From a virus (taxonomy: Duplodnaviria > Caudoviricetes): a stretch of 53,650 nt of DNA. Both the position numbers and the translations under genes were made by a program. This document shows positions 35,359-45,905 of the stretch, one piece after another. The stretch lies in the IMG/VR virus record IMGVR_UViG_3300031707_000026, positions 1 to 53,650 of that record; one strand, written 5' to 3'. Every line of letters starts with the position of its first letter. Position 1 is the stretch's first letter. Under the pieces are notes generated by a model, which was given only the letters and a program-made list of their open reading frames with translations, was not told the DNA's origin and made no database searches.

Positions 35359-36035
35359 TTGCTGGCGTCTACGAGATTAGAAATGTTTTGAACGGACATA
35401 GATATGTGGGGAGTTCGAGTGACGTGCGCTGGCGATTTCTATGCCATCAAGATGATTTGCAAAAGGGCCTACATCATAGTCGTTATCTACAGAGAGCTTG
35501 GAACAAGTATAGCGCTGAGAATTTCGTGTTTCGTGTTCTCCTCAGATGTGATCCCGATATGCTCATCTTCTTCGAGCAGAGACTCATGAACGTCATCAAG
35601 CCTGAGTATAACATTTCACCGACCGCTGGGAGTCCTCTAGGATGCAAGCATTCTGAAGAAACGAAGTTGAGATTGAGTATAATCAATCGAGGAATCAAGC
35701 GTACTGAAGACCAGAATCGAGCGAGGAGTCTTGCTCGTCAAGGGTGCAGACACTCTGAAGAGACGATCTCGAAGATGAAGATCAGTCATCGACGGGAGAA
35801 TCTATCAAAAGAGACACTTCAAAAGATGAGTCTAGCCAGTCGAGGACGAAAGTGGTCTAAAGAAACGAGAACGAAGCATCAAGGGATTAGACCTTCAGAT
35901 GAGACTAGACAGAAGATGCGAATAGCTAAATTGGGACGAAAGCAGTCTAGGGAAACAATTCAGAAGAGATGCAATACTCGAGCTTACAATCATCGACGCC
36001 TTGCTCTTCTTGCTTCGCTGGGGGGTTGGGTATGA
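35355..36035 (+). CDS. Free-standing GIY-YIG/NUMOD3 homing endonuclease
   Basis: AGVYEIRN...YVGSS, LQRAWNKY, PEYNI, multiple HSEETK repeats. Confidence 0.9.
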   Translation: MIAGVYEIRNVLNGHRYVGSSSDVRWRFLCHQDDLQKGLHHSRYLQRAWNKYSAENFVFRVLLRCDPDMLIFFEQRLMNVIKPEYNISPTAGSPLGCKHSEETKLRLSIINRGIKRTEDQNRARSLARQGCRHSEETISKMKISHRRENLSKETLQKMSLASRGRKWSKETRTKHQGIRPSDETRQKMRIAKLGRKQSRETIQKRCNTRAYNHRRLALLASLGGWV

Positions 36036-37486
36036 ATACCCCCCTATCGTTGAAAGCACAATGGGCCCTGGAGTTTGTGGATTTACCAGCGGCAGCTCAG
36101 ATCGATGGTGCTCGTTGGGAAGCGTTTCAAATGCGAGAGCTCGGGAATACTAGTCGCTATGGCCTGACTGTGAAAGCACGTCAAGTAGGGTTTTCCTTTA
36201 CTAGTGCCCTAGATGCGTTTTGTGATAGTCGATTGAACCCAGGCTGGCCATATGTGTTTGTATCGATAAACTTGGAGGAAGCTACCGAAAAAATCCGGTA
36301 TTTGAGAAACATCATGGCTGCCACAGACTTGCCAGTAAGACCTCAAAAGTTTATTACAGATTCTCAAACTGAATTAGAATTTAGTGACCACAGCCGATTT
36401 TTGAGCCACCCCTGCAAAGTGGTTCGAGGGAAGGCGGGAGCTCGTGTGTATTTGGATGAACTCTCTCACTACCCCGAAGGATTAGATCGCGAAATTTATA
36501 CTGCCGCGCTACCTGCTACTACGAAGGGAGGAGGATATCTTCGTATTGGGAGCTCTCCCCTCGGTGCACGAGGGTTGTTTTGGGAAATCGCCTCCGAAGC
36601 TATTAGAAGCTGGCCTGGGTTTACTAGGACTTGGGTTCCTTGGTGGTCAACTTTTGCGTTGTGTAATGATGTGTTGTTAGCATCAGCTCTAGCTCCTCAC
36701 ATGGCTCCCGAGGATCGAGTCGAGAAGTTTGGGACAGAGATTTTGAAAGAAATCTTCTCGAATATGTTTTTGGACGATTTTGAACAGGAGTACTCGTGCC
36801 AATGGATTGATGAAGCCTCTTCTTGGCTCCCTTGGGATATCATCATTCGCAATCAACGGCCTTCGCTCTTGACCTTCAGATACAAGAACGTATCAGAAGT
36901 ATTCGCGGGTATCGACGACATCAAGGAAGCGATTCAATCAAGTAGAATCGAGGGAGTTCTCGCTGGTGGGCTTGATGTGGGTCGCAAACATGATTTGACT
37001 GAGTTCGTCGCGGTCGGCAAGTCGACTTCTGGCGAGTCTCCCCTGCGTATCTCAGTATCATTGGACAGAGTAGAGTTCGATCAGCAGGAAGCGTGCTTAA
37101 CTAAGTTGATCGAAGAGCTGCCCTTTACTTCAGTACTAGTAGACAAGAATGGAATAGGCTCTCAGCTCTCAGAAGCTCTCGAACGCACTTGGAAAACAAC
37201 AGGCGTCGATTTTACAAACCCAAACAAAGAATTGTGGGCTGTGAATGCTAGAATTGCTATGCAGAGGAACCTAACGCCGATCCCCGAAGATCGAGAGCTC
37301 GCCTATCAGATTCATTCAGTTCGAAAGCAGGTGACGAGTGCTAAGAATAACGTCTTTGACACTGAACGAAATGCGAAGCACCACGCTGACAAGTTTTGGG
37401 CCTGGGCCCTAGCGTTGTATGCAGCTAATTCAGAAGGCGCTGAAGCTGAGTATTCAGAATCAGTTGCTGTAGATTATCGAGGTTGA
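36032..37486 (+). CDS. terL: Terminase large subunit
   Basis: KARQVGFS Walker A, VYLDE Walker B, SSP, GLDVGRKHD, VDKNGIG, HADKFWA nuclease motifs. Confidence 0.9.
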   Translation: MNTPLSLKAQWALEFVDLPAAAQIDGARWEAFQMRELGNTSRYGLTVKARQVGFSFTSALDAFCDSRLNPGWPYVFVSINLEEATEKIRYLRNIMAATDLPVRPQKFITDSQTELEFSDHSRFLSHPCKVVRGKAGARVYLDELSHYPEGLDREIYTAALPATTKGGGYLRIGSSPLGARGLFWEIASEAIRSWPGFTRTWVPWWSTFALCNDVLLASALAPHMAPEDRVEKFGTEILKEIFSNMFLDDFEQEYSCQWIDEASSWLPWDIIIRNQRPSLLTFRYKNVSEVFAGIDDIKEAIQSSRIEGVLAGGLDVGRKHDLTEFVAVGKSTSGESPLRISVSLDRVEFDQQEACLTKLIEELPFTSVLVDKNGIGSQLSEALERTWKTTGVDFTNPNKELWAVNARIAMQRNLTPIPEDRELAYQIHSVRKQVTSAKNNVFDTERNAKHHADKFWAWALALYAANSEGAEAEYSESVAVDYRG

Positions 37487-37489
37487 GAG

Positions 37490-37738
37490 ATGACGTTAAT
37501 TGAGCTGATACGACAAGAGTACAACGATTGTAGCTTTTCGGCAGGGAAGGTTACAGATCATCCCTACGATACGTTGTATCTGAAGCTCGATCGTCCTTCT
37601 GACGGAGAACCGTTAGTGGTTGTTCTTCGTCCCGATGAAGCTGCTATTATTGCATGGTGCCTGTCTGGTGTTTTATGGTCCGATCACATGGAGAGTCGAT
37701 TCGAAGGATTGCGAAAAGTCATCAACATGTCTATCTAG
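37490..37738 (+). CDS. Hypothetical protein
   Basis: Packed between terL and the next ORF. Confidence 0.5.
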   Translation: MTLIELIRQEYNDCSFSAGKVTDHPYDTLYLKLDRPSDGEPLVVVLRPDEAAIIAWCLSGVLWSDHMESRFEGLRKVINMSI

Positions 37739-37748
37739 GAGACGTAGA

Positions 37749-37901
37749 GTGCCGTATTCTGTTAGGAGACTGAAAGGTGGTAGGGTTCGAGCAAGGAATA
37801 AGCGAACTGGCAAGGCCCGCACGTTCCGCAGTATGGCATCGTTTAATCGATGGAGGCGTGTTGCAGAAGCAGTTCGTCATGGTTTTAAGCCGAGACGTTA
37901 G
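37749..37901 (+). CDS. Small very basic protein (50 aa)
   Basis: AGGAG RBS before GTG 37749; Arg/Lys-rich. Confidence 0.5.
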   Translation: MPYSVRRLKGGRVRARNKRTGKARTFRSMASFNRWRRVAEAVRHGFKPRR

Positions 37902-37910
37902 GGTGACGCA

Positions 37911-39509
37911 ATGTCATTTTGGAGTAGAATGAGTGCAGCTGTCAAAGCATTTCGTGAACAGTATGTAGCTTCTGATTTCATCGATCCTGATGATTTTGAA
38001 GACTATCCGGCTCGTCTGATTCGCTATCAGATCCTCTGGGCTTGGTATGAGAATACAGCCTTTAGGGATATTCACTCGTGGGCTCCGTTGTACCGCAAGC
38101 AGTATGGGTTGTACAAGTACATTCGAAATATATATAACCCGTCGTATCGTCTAGCTGAGTTTTGGAAGATGATGATTTGGGGAGGGTTGTTAGACCCAGA
38201 TGCTTTAGATGTTGGAGCTATCCCGATTACTACGACGAAAGAAAATCTTCGACCTGCGTTGGCAGCTCTCTGGCTCGCGTCTGGCTGGGGTTCTAACAAG
38301 GACCTCATCACGCTCTGGGGTGCTTGTCTTGGAGATGTTGGCATCCGAATTGTTGATGATATTACTCGTAAGGAAGTTAGGCTCGAGCCTATTCATCCCT
38401 CCTCGATTAAAGATCTCGAGACTGACAAGAGGGGGTATATCAGAGGGTACGTTCTCGAAGAGACTAGAGAGTTGAACGGAAAGGATGTTACATATACAGA
38501 GAAAGTCTCGAGAGGGGAAGGAGATGTCGTAACGTTCGAGACTCTCGCGAATGGAAAGCCCTACGCATGGAATGGTGTAGCAGAATCGTGGAGTGAATCT
38601 TATGGCTTTATCCCGTTTGTAGCGATTCAGCACAACAACGTCGGGTTTAATTACGGGTGGGCAGAAATTCACCCGCTGCGATCTAAAGTCAACGAAATCG
38701 AAGATCTTGCTTCGAAGTTACACGACTACATCCGAAAAGCTGTTGATCCTGTTTGGCTGTTTAACTTCAAGAAGCCTAGAGGAGAAGTAGCTTCACCAGG
38801 GTCGTCTACTCCTTCAGCTGGGAGAGACGAGACTCCAGCAATTTACGTTCCTGATCCAAATGCAAAAGCTCAAGCCTTGATTACCGATCAGCTCGACATC
38901 CAGAAGACTGCCGAAGAAATTGGACATCTTCTGAAGGAGACAGAGCGTGATTATCCAGAATTGCAGATGGATATTTGGACCGCTGGAGAAGATACTTCTG
39001 GTAGAGCTCTCCGTCAAGCTCGTCAGCGTGTTGAAACGAAAGTGATCCAGCGTAGAGCAAGTTACGACGGAGCGTTAGTCAGGGCCCATCAGATGGCTGT
39101 CGCTATCGGGGGTTTTAGAAAATATGATGGGTACGACGGGTTTGATTTGACGAGTTACAAGAAGGGAGATCTTGATCATACGATAACCCCTTCTCGTCCT
39201 ATCTTTGAGACGGACCCAAGAGAAGAAGCTGACATCAAGAAGCTGTTTTGGGATGCTGTTCGAGCTGCTACTGATTCGGGAGTCCCTGTCGAGATTGTTT
39301 TAGCAGACATGGGATGGGATGAGAAGAAAATTACCGCGTTGAAAGCAGCCCTCGCAGTCGCTGAAGCAAAGAAAGCTGCAGAAGAAGCGAAGAAGGCTGA
39401 AGAGGAGACAAAAAGACTAGAGCAGGTTCGGCTTTCTGCTAAGCCTGAAGAAAGTCCGTCACCTTTGTTGAAAGCTGGCTCAAGAGGAGCCTCATTGACG
39501 AAGGTTTAG
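37911..39509 (+). CDS. Portal protein
   Basis: 532 aa after terL; IYNP, YGFIPFV, SGRALR motifs typical of SPP1-like portals. Confidence 0.8.
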   Translation: MSFWSRMSAAVKAFREQYVASDFIDPDDFEDYPARLIRYQILWAWYENTAFRDIHSWAPLYRKQYGLYKYIRNIYNPSYRLAEFWKMMIWGGLLDPDALDVGAIPITTTKENLRPALAALWLASGWGSNKDLITLWGACLGDVGIRIVDDITRKEVRLEPIHPSSIKDLETDKRGYIRGYVLEETRELNGKDVTYTEKVSRGEGDVVTFETLANGKPYAWNGVAESWSESYGFIPFVAIQHNNVGFNYGWAEIHPLRSKVNEIEDLASKLHDYIRKAVDPVWLFNFKKPRGEVASPGSSTPSAGRDETPAIYVPDPNAKAQALITDQLDIQKTAEEIGHLLKETERDYPELQMDIWTAGEDTSGRALRQARQRVETKVIQRRASYDGALVRAHQMAVAIGGFRKYDGYDGFDLTSYKKGDLDHTITPSRPIFETDPREEADIKKLFWDAVRAATDSGVPVEIVLADMGWDEKKITALKAALAVAEAKKAAEEAKKAEEETKRLEQVRLSAKPEESPSPLLKAGSRGASLTKV

Positions 39510-39543
39510 TAAATTAGGCAAGATGCCTAGAAGGAGTATTGAA

Positions 39544-40281
39544 ATGCCTACGCCAGAAGAACTTGCTGCCGCTGCTGAGAAAGCTGTTGCGGACGCGAAG
39601 AGAGTAGCTGATGAGAAGAAGACAGCTGAGGATGCGGCGATTGCTGCAGCTAAAGCTAAAGCTGATGCAGCTGCTGCCGCTGCGGAGGAAGGCGAAGAAG
39701 AGGATGAAGAGATCCCCGAGGACGAGATCCCTGAGTTCCTAGCAAAGGCGACACCTGAAGTGAAAAAAGCATACCTTGCTCACAACAAGGGTCTGTTGTC
39801 AGCACTTCGGAAAGAACGCGAGTTTCGTAAGACGAACAAGGATGTCGTGAAGGAAGCTGCTGCTCTTAAAGCAGCTGAGACGAAGCGTCAAGAAGTTGAG
39901 ACGAAGCGTAAAGAAGCCGAAATGACCGAGACGGAAAAGCTTCGCACGCAAGTCTTGAAGGCTGAGACTGAACGAGACTCTCTAAAACAGAAGCTTGCTG
40001 AGACTCTCAAAAAAGCTGTTGTAGCTAGAGTCGCGACGAAGCTGGAGTTCATCGATCCTGATGATGCTTTCATTTTAGTCGAAGCTGAGATGAAAGACAT
40101 CGATGCTACGAATAAAGATGGCATCACAGAAATTGCAGAAATCCTGCTGGCTTTGGCTAAGGCTAAGCCCTACCTTATCAAGGTTGATAAGGGTGATGGG
40201 GTTGGGTCTCCTTTGAGCAAGTCAAAGAAGAAGAAAAAAGAAGATCAAGTAAAATCGACGCGACCCTTGATCAGATTCTAG
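39544..40281 (+). CDS. Capsid scaffolding protein
   Basis: Charged coiled coil; ALRKER, FIDPDDA, KPYL; between portal and capsid. Confidence 0.75.
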   Translation: MPTPEELAAAAEKAVADAKRVADEKKTAEDAAIAAAKAKADAAAAAAEEGEEEDEEIPEDEIPEFLAKATPEVKKAYLAHNKGLLSALRKEREFRKTNKDVVKEAAALKAAETKRQEVETKRKEAEMTETEKLRTQVLKAETERDSLKQKLAETLKKAVVARVATKLEFIDPDDAFILVEAEMKDIDATNKDGITEIAEILLALAKAKPYLIKVDKGDGVGSPLSKSKKKKKEDQVKSTRPLIRF

Positions 40282-40296
40282 AAAGGAGAAATACCT

Positions 40297-40722
40297 ATGA
40301 CTAACGAAGTTGTTGTAACTGCTGCTCAAGTTGGTCTAGTGGACCCGCTGAAGGCGACAGTCAAATCTTACATTGCCGGCGTGACTATCACGAAAGGTGA
40401 GGCAGTGTATATTATCGCTGCATCCGGCAAGTTGGGGCTGTGTACGGCTGCGGCTGCGAATCAAGCAGCTCAGTTCCGTGGCGTCGCTCTGACTGGCGGT
40501 GCTGCAGGTCAGGCGATTGACGTGTGCGAAGATGGAGAGCTTTACGGGTTCACCTTAGCCGGGAACTACGACACGATCATCCATGCACACGACACTGCAG
40601 GAGTTCTGTCCACGGCGACTGGTTCGGTCCAAGTCCATGTTGGACGAGTCGTCCCAATGGCGAACGCAGCTCTCACGAAAGTCCTGCGAATCTTCACGTC
40701 TCGATATGCTGATTGGGCCTAA
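40297..40722 (+). CDS. Head decoration/cement protein, paralog 1
   Basis: ITKGEAVY...GVAL beta-clip-like pattern; clearly similar to the next gene. Confidence 0.6.
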   Translation: MTNEVVVTAAQVGLVDPLKATVKSYIAGVTITKGEAVYIIAASGKLGLCTAAAANQAAQFRGVALTGGAAGQAIDVCEDGELYGFTLAGNYDTIIHAHDTAGVLSTATGSVQVHVGRVVPMANAALTKVLRIFTSRYADWA

Positions 40723-40732
40723 GAGGTGAGAT

Positions 40733-41140
40733 ATGACTACTATTGCTGTAACCGCTGCTCAAGTTGGACTCGTCGATCCCTTGAAAGCGACTGTGAAGTC
40801 GTACATTGCATTAGAGGCTATCCTCAAGGGCCAGGCTGTGTATATTGCTACCACCGGGAAGGTTGGTCTAGCTGATGAAAACGGCTCTGGCACTCTTCAA
40901 TTCCGCGGGATTGCTCTCTGTGGTGGAGGGATTGGTCAAGCAATCGACGTAGTCGAAGACGGCGAAGTCTATGGCTTCACGCTAGCAGGAGATTACGATG
41001 TTCTCGTATATCTTTCTGCTACACCCGGGGCTCTTGATACGGCAGGAAGTGTTGTTGTAGGTCGTATCGCTCCAATGTCAAACGCTGCTCTTACGAAAGT
41101 GCTGCGCGTCTTCACTTTGCGTCATGTAGATCAGACGTAA
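40733..41140 (+). CDS. Head decoration/cement protein, paralog 2
   Basis: Shares VTAAQVGLVDPLKATVKSYIA and NAALTKVLR with paralog 1. Confidence 0.6.
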   Translation: MTTIAVTAAQVGLVDPLKATVKSYIALEAILKGQAVYIATTGKVGLADENGSGTLQFRGIALCGGGIGQAIDVVEDGEVYGFTLAGDYDVLVYLSATPGALDTAGSVVVGRIAPMSNAALTKVLRVFTLRHVDQT

Positions 41141-41161
41141 TTCTTAGAAAGGAGATATGCA

Positions 41162-42241
41162 ATGGCAGGAATGTTTGGCCATCTCAATGTTTCGGACTCG
41201 GACCGCAATTTCATTAATACTGTCGGTCAGAGTGTTGTTTGGGAAGCTGTACAGGAGTATCTAGATCGTGTGAATGCCGAGCTAGAAGCTGCAGTCGCAG
41301 TTTTCGTCGAAGAGACGACTGAGGACTTCAAGCGTCGATTCAAGCTTCCTGGTGGTGGGACCTTACAGCGTCGTGGTGCTGATGGGCGCTACGGAGCTGT
41401 GAAGGCTATTGGCGAGTGGGATGTTGCCTTCCCTCTGGAAGACTTCGGTGCCCAGATCGCTTGGAACGATGTTGATATGGCGTACATGACTCCAGTGGAG
41501 TTGGAACGTCACTTCAAGACCATCGTTACGCAGAACGTGAACACCGTCCGACTCGAGATGATGAAGGCAATGTTCCGTGCTACAGCGCTTACATTCGTCG
41601 ATCCTCGGTCGAGTTCAGGGACCCTGACGATTGAAGGCTTAGCGAACGGCGATGCTGTTCTCTATCCTCCAGTTTTGGGTTCAGATACCGAAGCGATTGA
41701 AGATCACATTCTGTCTTCGGGGTATGCTGTTTCTGCAATCTCGGACGTGAATAATCCGTTCGAGACGATCAAAGCTGAGCTCGAAGAGCACTTCGGTGCT
41801 CCATCAGGAGGTAGCAACATCGTAACCTTCATCGATCCCCTGACGACCCCATACGCTGAAGCTCTGACAGACTTCGATGCTGTCGATGATCGTTTCGTCA
41901 ATCCTGGAGCTGACACAGATCGTCTGATGGGTCTGCCTGAAGGCGTTCCTGGCCGGATTGTTGGTCGCACTAACGGCAACTGGGTAGTCGAGTGGCGTCA
42001 GATTCCTGCGACGTATGCTCTGTCTATTCATTTGGATGCTCCGAAGCCGTTGATCAAGCGTCGTGATCCTCTTGATACTGGTTTGGGTGAAGGCCTCCAG
42101 CTTGTTGCTGAAAACGAAGCATTCCCGTTCAAGGGAAGCTTCTGGCGTCATCGCTTTGGCTTTGGCGTCGGCAATCGCTTGAACGGCATTGCGATGATCA
42201 TCTCAGCATCGGGCTATTCAGTGCCTGCGGCATTCGCATAA
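41162..42241 (+). CDS. Major capsid protein
   Basis: 359 aa, strong RBS, follows scaffold and decoration genes, RHRFGFGVGNR C-terminal motif. Confidence 0.75.
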   Translation: MAGMFGHLNVSDSDRNFINTVGQSVVWEAVQEYLDRVNAELEAAVAVFVEETTEDFKRRFKLPGGGTLQRRGADGRYGAVKAIGEWDVAFPLEDFGAQIAWNDVDMAYMTPVELERHFKTIVTQNVNTVRLEMMKAMFRATALTFVDPRSSSGTLTIEGLANGDAVLYPPVLGSDTEAIEDHILSSGYAVSAISDVNNPFETIKAELEEHFGAPSGGSNIVTFIDPLTTPYAEALTDFDAVDDRFVNPGADTDRLMGLPEGVPGRIVGRTNGNWVVEWRQIPATYALSIHLDAPKPLIKRRDPLDTGLGEGLQLVAENEAFPFKGSFWRHRFGFGVGNRLNGIAMIISASGYSVPAAFA

Positions 42242-42256
42242 TTCAAGGAGGTCCTA

Positions 42257-42484
42257 ATGGCTAAGGCTTCAAGAGTTGCCTCAAAGTCGGCAAAAGCTCT
42301 AGTAGCTATCGAAGCTCGTCTCGAGGTTATCGAAGCGATGCTTCGCGAAACTCTTACGCTTCAAGGGAAGCCAGACAAGGCTCTTCAGTATGCTGAAGCT
42401 ACTCTCAGAGCAAAAGCCGGAGAACGTACTGCTCCGCTTGAGCCTCCGCTAAAGGTCAAACCTACCTTGAAAAAGAAAGTTTAG
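42257..42484 (+). CDS. Small basic hypothetical protein
   Basis: AAGGAGG RBS. Confidence 0.55.
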   Translation: MAKASRVASKSAKALVAIEARLEVIEAMLRETLTLQGKPDKALQYAEATLRAKAGERTAPLEPPLKVKPTLKKKV

Positions 42485-42546
42485 AAGAGAATCGGGAGGG
42501 GTCAAAACAGAGACTCTTCCTCGATTCTCAAAGGAGGTACTTTAAT

Positions 42547-44532
42547 ATGGCTAAGACACCTCGTCACGATGATGTCATCTTCGTGAAGGTCCTAGATGTC
42601 TTGAAATCGCTGAAGGTTAAGGGAGTAGAAATCTCGACAGAGCTAGCTACTCTCGCTGGGCTTACGTCGTCAGTAGCAGAACTCAATCTTAATGATGGTG
42701 CTGCTCCTGGTGTAGTTCTAGCATCGAAGGCGGCAATTTACGACGCTGTTGGGAAGCTGTTTCGATCCAGTCTCTCACCAGCTGCCGCAGGCTCTTCTAT
42801 TACTGATGCTACTACTTTGACAGCAGAACTAAATGCTGTTACAGGAGCTAACGACGCTAAGGGCGTGAAGCTCCCAGTGGCTGCTGCTGACGAGATCGTG
42901 ATTGTTATCAACACAGACACTACCCATGCTCTACTCGTCTACCCAGTAGCTAGCTCGCAGATCAATGCTCTAGGAGCAAGCAATCCTGTTACTCTCCCTG
43001 CTAGTCAGTCAGCGATCTTCATCGGTCGTTCAGCTACTCTCTGGTACTGTGATGTTCGAAGTGTTACAGATCTTTTGTACATTTACGGCATTACAGCTTC
43101 AGCAGCTGAACTCAATCTTGTCGATACTGCTGTAGCCGGTACAGTCGTAGCATCGAAAGCAGCAGTCTATGATGCTGCAGGAAAACTGTTTCGATCCAGT
43201 CTTTCACCGATTGCTGCAGGTTCGAGTATTACTGATGCTACTGCTTTGACTGCAGAAGTAAATGCAGTTACTGGGGCTAACGATGCTAAGGGGGTAAAGC
43301 TCCCTATTGCTGCAGCTGACGAGATCGTGATTGTCATCAACACAGATCCTGCTGGAGCCCTGCTTGTTTACCCTGTATCAGGTTCTCAGATCAATGCTCT
43401 GGGTGCGAGCAATCCTGTGACACTCCCTGCAAGTCAGATGGCGATCTTTGTTGGTCGATCAACAACGCTGTGGTACTGCAATGTTCGGAGTGATTCCGAG
43501 CTTCTAGAGGTTTTTGGTATCACATCCTCGGCTGCTGAGTTGAATTTGGTTGACACTGCTGTAGCCGGCACAGTTGTGGCGTCGAAGACAGCAATCTACG
43601 ACGCAGCTGGTAAGCTCTATCGATCTAGCGCTTCACCCGCAGCGGCAGGAGGGAGCATTTCTGATGCTACCGAGATGACAGCAGAGGTAAATGCTGTCAT
43701 TGGGGCTGATGATGCGAAAGGCGTCAAGCTTCCTATAGCAGCTGCTGATGAGATTGTGATCGTTGTCAACACTGACACTTCTCACAACCTGCTGGTGTAT
43801 CCTGTTGCCAGTTCTCAAATCAATGCCCTTGGTGCAAGCAACCCAGTTACCATCCCAGCCAGTCAAATGGGAATCTTCGTCGGGCGCTCTGCCACGCTGT
43901 GGTACTGTAACGTTCAAAGCGTAACTGATCTTCTAGAGATCTACGGCATCACAGCAAGTGCAGCGGAACTCAACGTCCTAGATGCTGATGTAGCTGGCGT
44001 CATGACTGCTGGGAAGCCTGCCATCCCTACTACAGGTGGTGTCATCGATCAGCTCGATATCACAGCCCTCAAGATCGGGGGCGTGTCTGCTACCCCAAGT
44101 GTAGTGCAGCAGACTGAACAGATGGTAGAACGCACCTTTGTTGAGACAGCAGGAGCGGGAACTTATACCGCCACTGTCGTGATCCCTCTAGGGGCAACTG
44201 TTGAAGACGTGATGTGGAAGAACACAGTTGTTTGGGACAACGCTGGTACATGTGTTCTCAACGTTGGAGATGACGATGATGCTGATGGTTACTTCGATGA
44301 TGTTGATGTGAAGACGGTTCCAGCGGCTGACGTTGTTGGATATGGTGGTGCGAGTACCAAGCTGTCCGATACCGGCGCTGGTGTCTACAAAGGCAAAGCT
44401 GGCAAGTACTGTGCTGCCGAGAAGACCATCACAGCAACTGTTGTAACCAGTTCTACTGGTGGTGGTGCTGGTCGTTCTCGTTTGCTCGTCAAGTACTCCC
44501 TGCCTACTACAGCAGCAGCTAGCAAAGTGTAA
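42547..44532 (+). CDS. Virion protein with three tandem 143-aa repeats (head fibre-like)
   Basis: AELN units start at 42676, 43105, 43534 and 43963 (429-nt period). Confidence 0.75.
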   Translation: MAKTPRHDDVIFVKVLDVLKSLKVKGVEISTELATLAGLTSSVAELNLNDGAAPGVVLASKAAIYDAVGKLFRSSLSPAAAGSSITDATTLTAELNAVTGANDAKGVKLPVAAADEIVIVINTDTTHALLVYPVASSQINALGASNPVTLPASQSAIFIGRSATLWYCDVRSVTDLLYIYGITASAAELNLVDTAVAGTVVASKAAVYDAAGKLFRSSLSPIAAGSSITDATALTAEVNAVTGANDAKGVKLPIAAADEIVIVINTDPAGALLVYPVSGSQINALGASNPVTLPASQMAIFVGRSTTLWYCNVRSDSELLEVFGITSSAAELNLVDTAVAGTVVASKTAIYDAAGKLYRSSASPAAAGGSISDATEMTAEVNAVIGADDAKGVKLPIAAADEIVIVVNTDTSHNLLVYPVASSQINALGASNPVTIPASQMGIFVGRSATLWYCNVQSVTDLLEIYGITASAAELNVLDADVAGVMTAGKPAIPTTGGVIDQLDITALKIGGVSATPSVVQQTEQMVERTFVETAGAGTYTATVVIPLGATVEDVMWKNTVVWDNAGTCVLNVGDDDDADGYFDDVDVKTVPAADVVGYGGASTKLSDTGAGVYKGKAGKYCAAEKTITATVVTSSTGGGAGRSRLLVKYSLPTTAAASKV

Positions 44533-44546
44533 CCAAGAGGTCCTAG

Positions 44547-45404
44547 ATGATCAGGCTAGACTCGTCAACACTCAGCAATCAGAATCTATCAGCTCCTCTT
44601 CTTAGTCACACATATACTGTGACTGTAGATGGTGATCTAGTAGTCTCTATATTCCTCGCTCAGATCGCAGGGAATGGGGATTACTCTGCTTACTTAACGA
44701 TCCAACGACAAGGAGTAGGAGATGCTTTTCAGACTGATCCTGTCATTAGATCTGTTGCTGCAGGTGTCACGAGTGTTCCTCTTCTGATCAAGAACGTTCC
44801 TCCAGTAAAGACCGACGACATCATCAAGGTGTATGTCGTCGGTCTGCCTGCTGATACGACGACTCCTGATGTCATCACAGAGATTTGGGAAGAGTCGCTG
44901 ACACTTACAGAGACCATCGTAGTCTCGACTGAGGCATACTATGGGAGTGCAACAGAAGTAGCTGCTCTTGCTCAGATTTGGACGAGAGAAGGCTCTTGGG
45001 TTAATGCTTCTCCTGGGGTTGATGCTACTATCCCGAGTCTGTCGCAAGTTGCAGCTTGGTTAGTCACTGTCTCGGCGATGATTGATCTTGCTCTAGTCGG
45101 AGCTGGATTTACTACCCCAGTTGTAGTCTCGACAGTCCTCAGCGCAGCAGGAATGTTCGTTTCAATCCTTGTTGCAGATCTGTGTCATGCAGCTAATTCG
45201 AGTGGACGTTTTTACACTAGCAAAGTTCTTGAACGAGGAGGTGCAACAATCATCTGGGATGAGATCTTGAAGTGGGTTGAACTGTATGCTGATGGTTTCG
45301 AGTCTGCTGGAGTGCCTCGATCTGCAACCCCAAATCTCGCGTACATTGGGTATCGAAGTTCTGATCTCGAAGAGAGAATCTTCGGGATTTGGGATAGTCA
45401 ATAA
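44547..45404 (+). CDS. Head-tail connector-like protein with N-terminal extension
   Basis: Position; YYGSATEVAAL...IDLALVGAGF adaptor-like C-terminal half. Confidence 0.5.
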   Translation: MIRLDSSTLSNQNLSAPLLSHTYTVTVDGDLVVSIFLAQIAGNGDYSAYLTIQRQGVGDAFQTDPVIRSVAAGVTSVPLLIKNVPPVKTDDIIKVYVVGLPADTTTPDVITEIWEESLTLTETIVVSTEAYYGSATEVAALAQIWTREGSWVNASPGVDATIPSLSQVAAWLVTVSAMIDLALVGAGFTTPVVVSTVLSAAGMFVSILVADLCHAANSSGRFYTSKVLERGGATIIWDEILKWVELYADGFESAGVPRSATPNLAYIGYRSSDLEERIFGIWDSQ

Positions 45405-45904
45405 TGCCTCAACTCACATTTCGATCTAATGCAAGGATCGTGCGTCAAGGTCTCGAACAGCTTCGAGCAGCTCTCCCAATGATTGGTCGAAAGCGTCTGT
45501 ATGATGCAGCTGTTGATCTTCGAGATCGAATGGCAGTCCCTGGCAGTCAACCTGTATACCCAATCAGCTGGGATAGTTCCCGACAGAAACGAGCGTTCTT
45601 TGCATCAGATGGCTTCGGAGGAGGGATTCCCACAGTTCGCAGCGATCGATACGTCGAAGGATGGAAGGTTGAACGCGCTGATGCAGGGTACAGGATCAAG
45701 AACACAGCCCCAGGAGCTAAGTATATTGGAGGCTCGGCTCGAGGAACATATCAATCTAGTATTCACGTTGGGCGATGGCGATTGTTCAGAGATCAAGCAG
45801 ATCTTGTGATGAGATCGCTTCCCAAACTCGTTGTTGAGAATCTTCGCGAGTTTGTGAAACGAACTTTTGCGTCGACCAAAGAAAGTCGGTTCATGGGAAG
45901 ATGA
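45404..45904 (+). CDS. Neck/tail-completion protein
   Basis: Basic; R.D.Y..GW, NTAPGAKY and H.GRW motifs; position. Confidence 0.55.
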   Translation: MPQLTFRSNARIVRQGLEQLRAALPMIGRKRLYDAAVDLRDRMAVPGSQPVYPISWDSSRQKRAFFASDGFGGGIPTVRSDRYVEGWKVERADAGYRIKNTAPGAKYIGGSARGTYQSSIHVGRWRLFRDQADLVMRSLPKLVVENLREFVKRTFASTKESRFMGR

Positions 45905-45905
45905 G

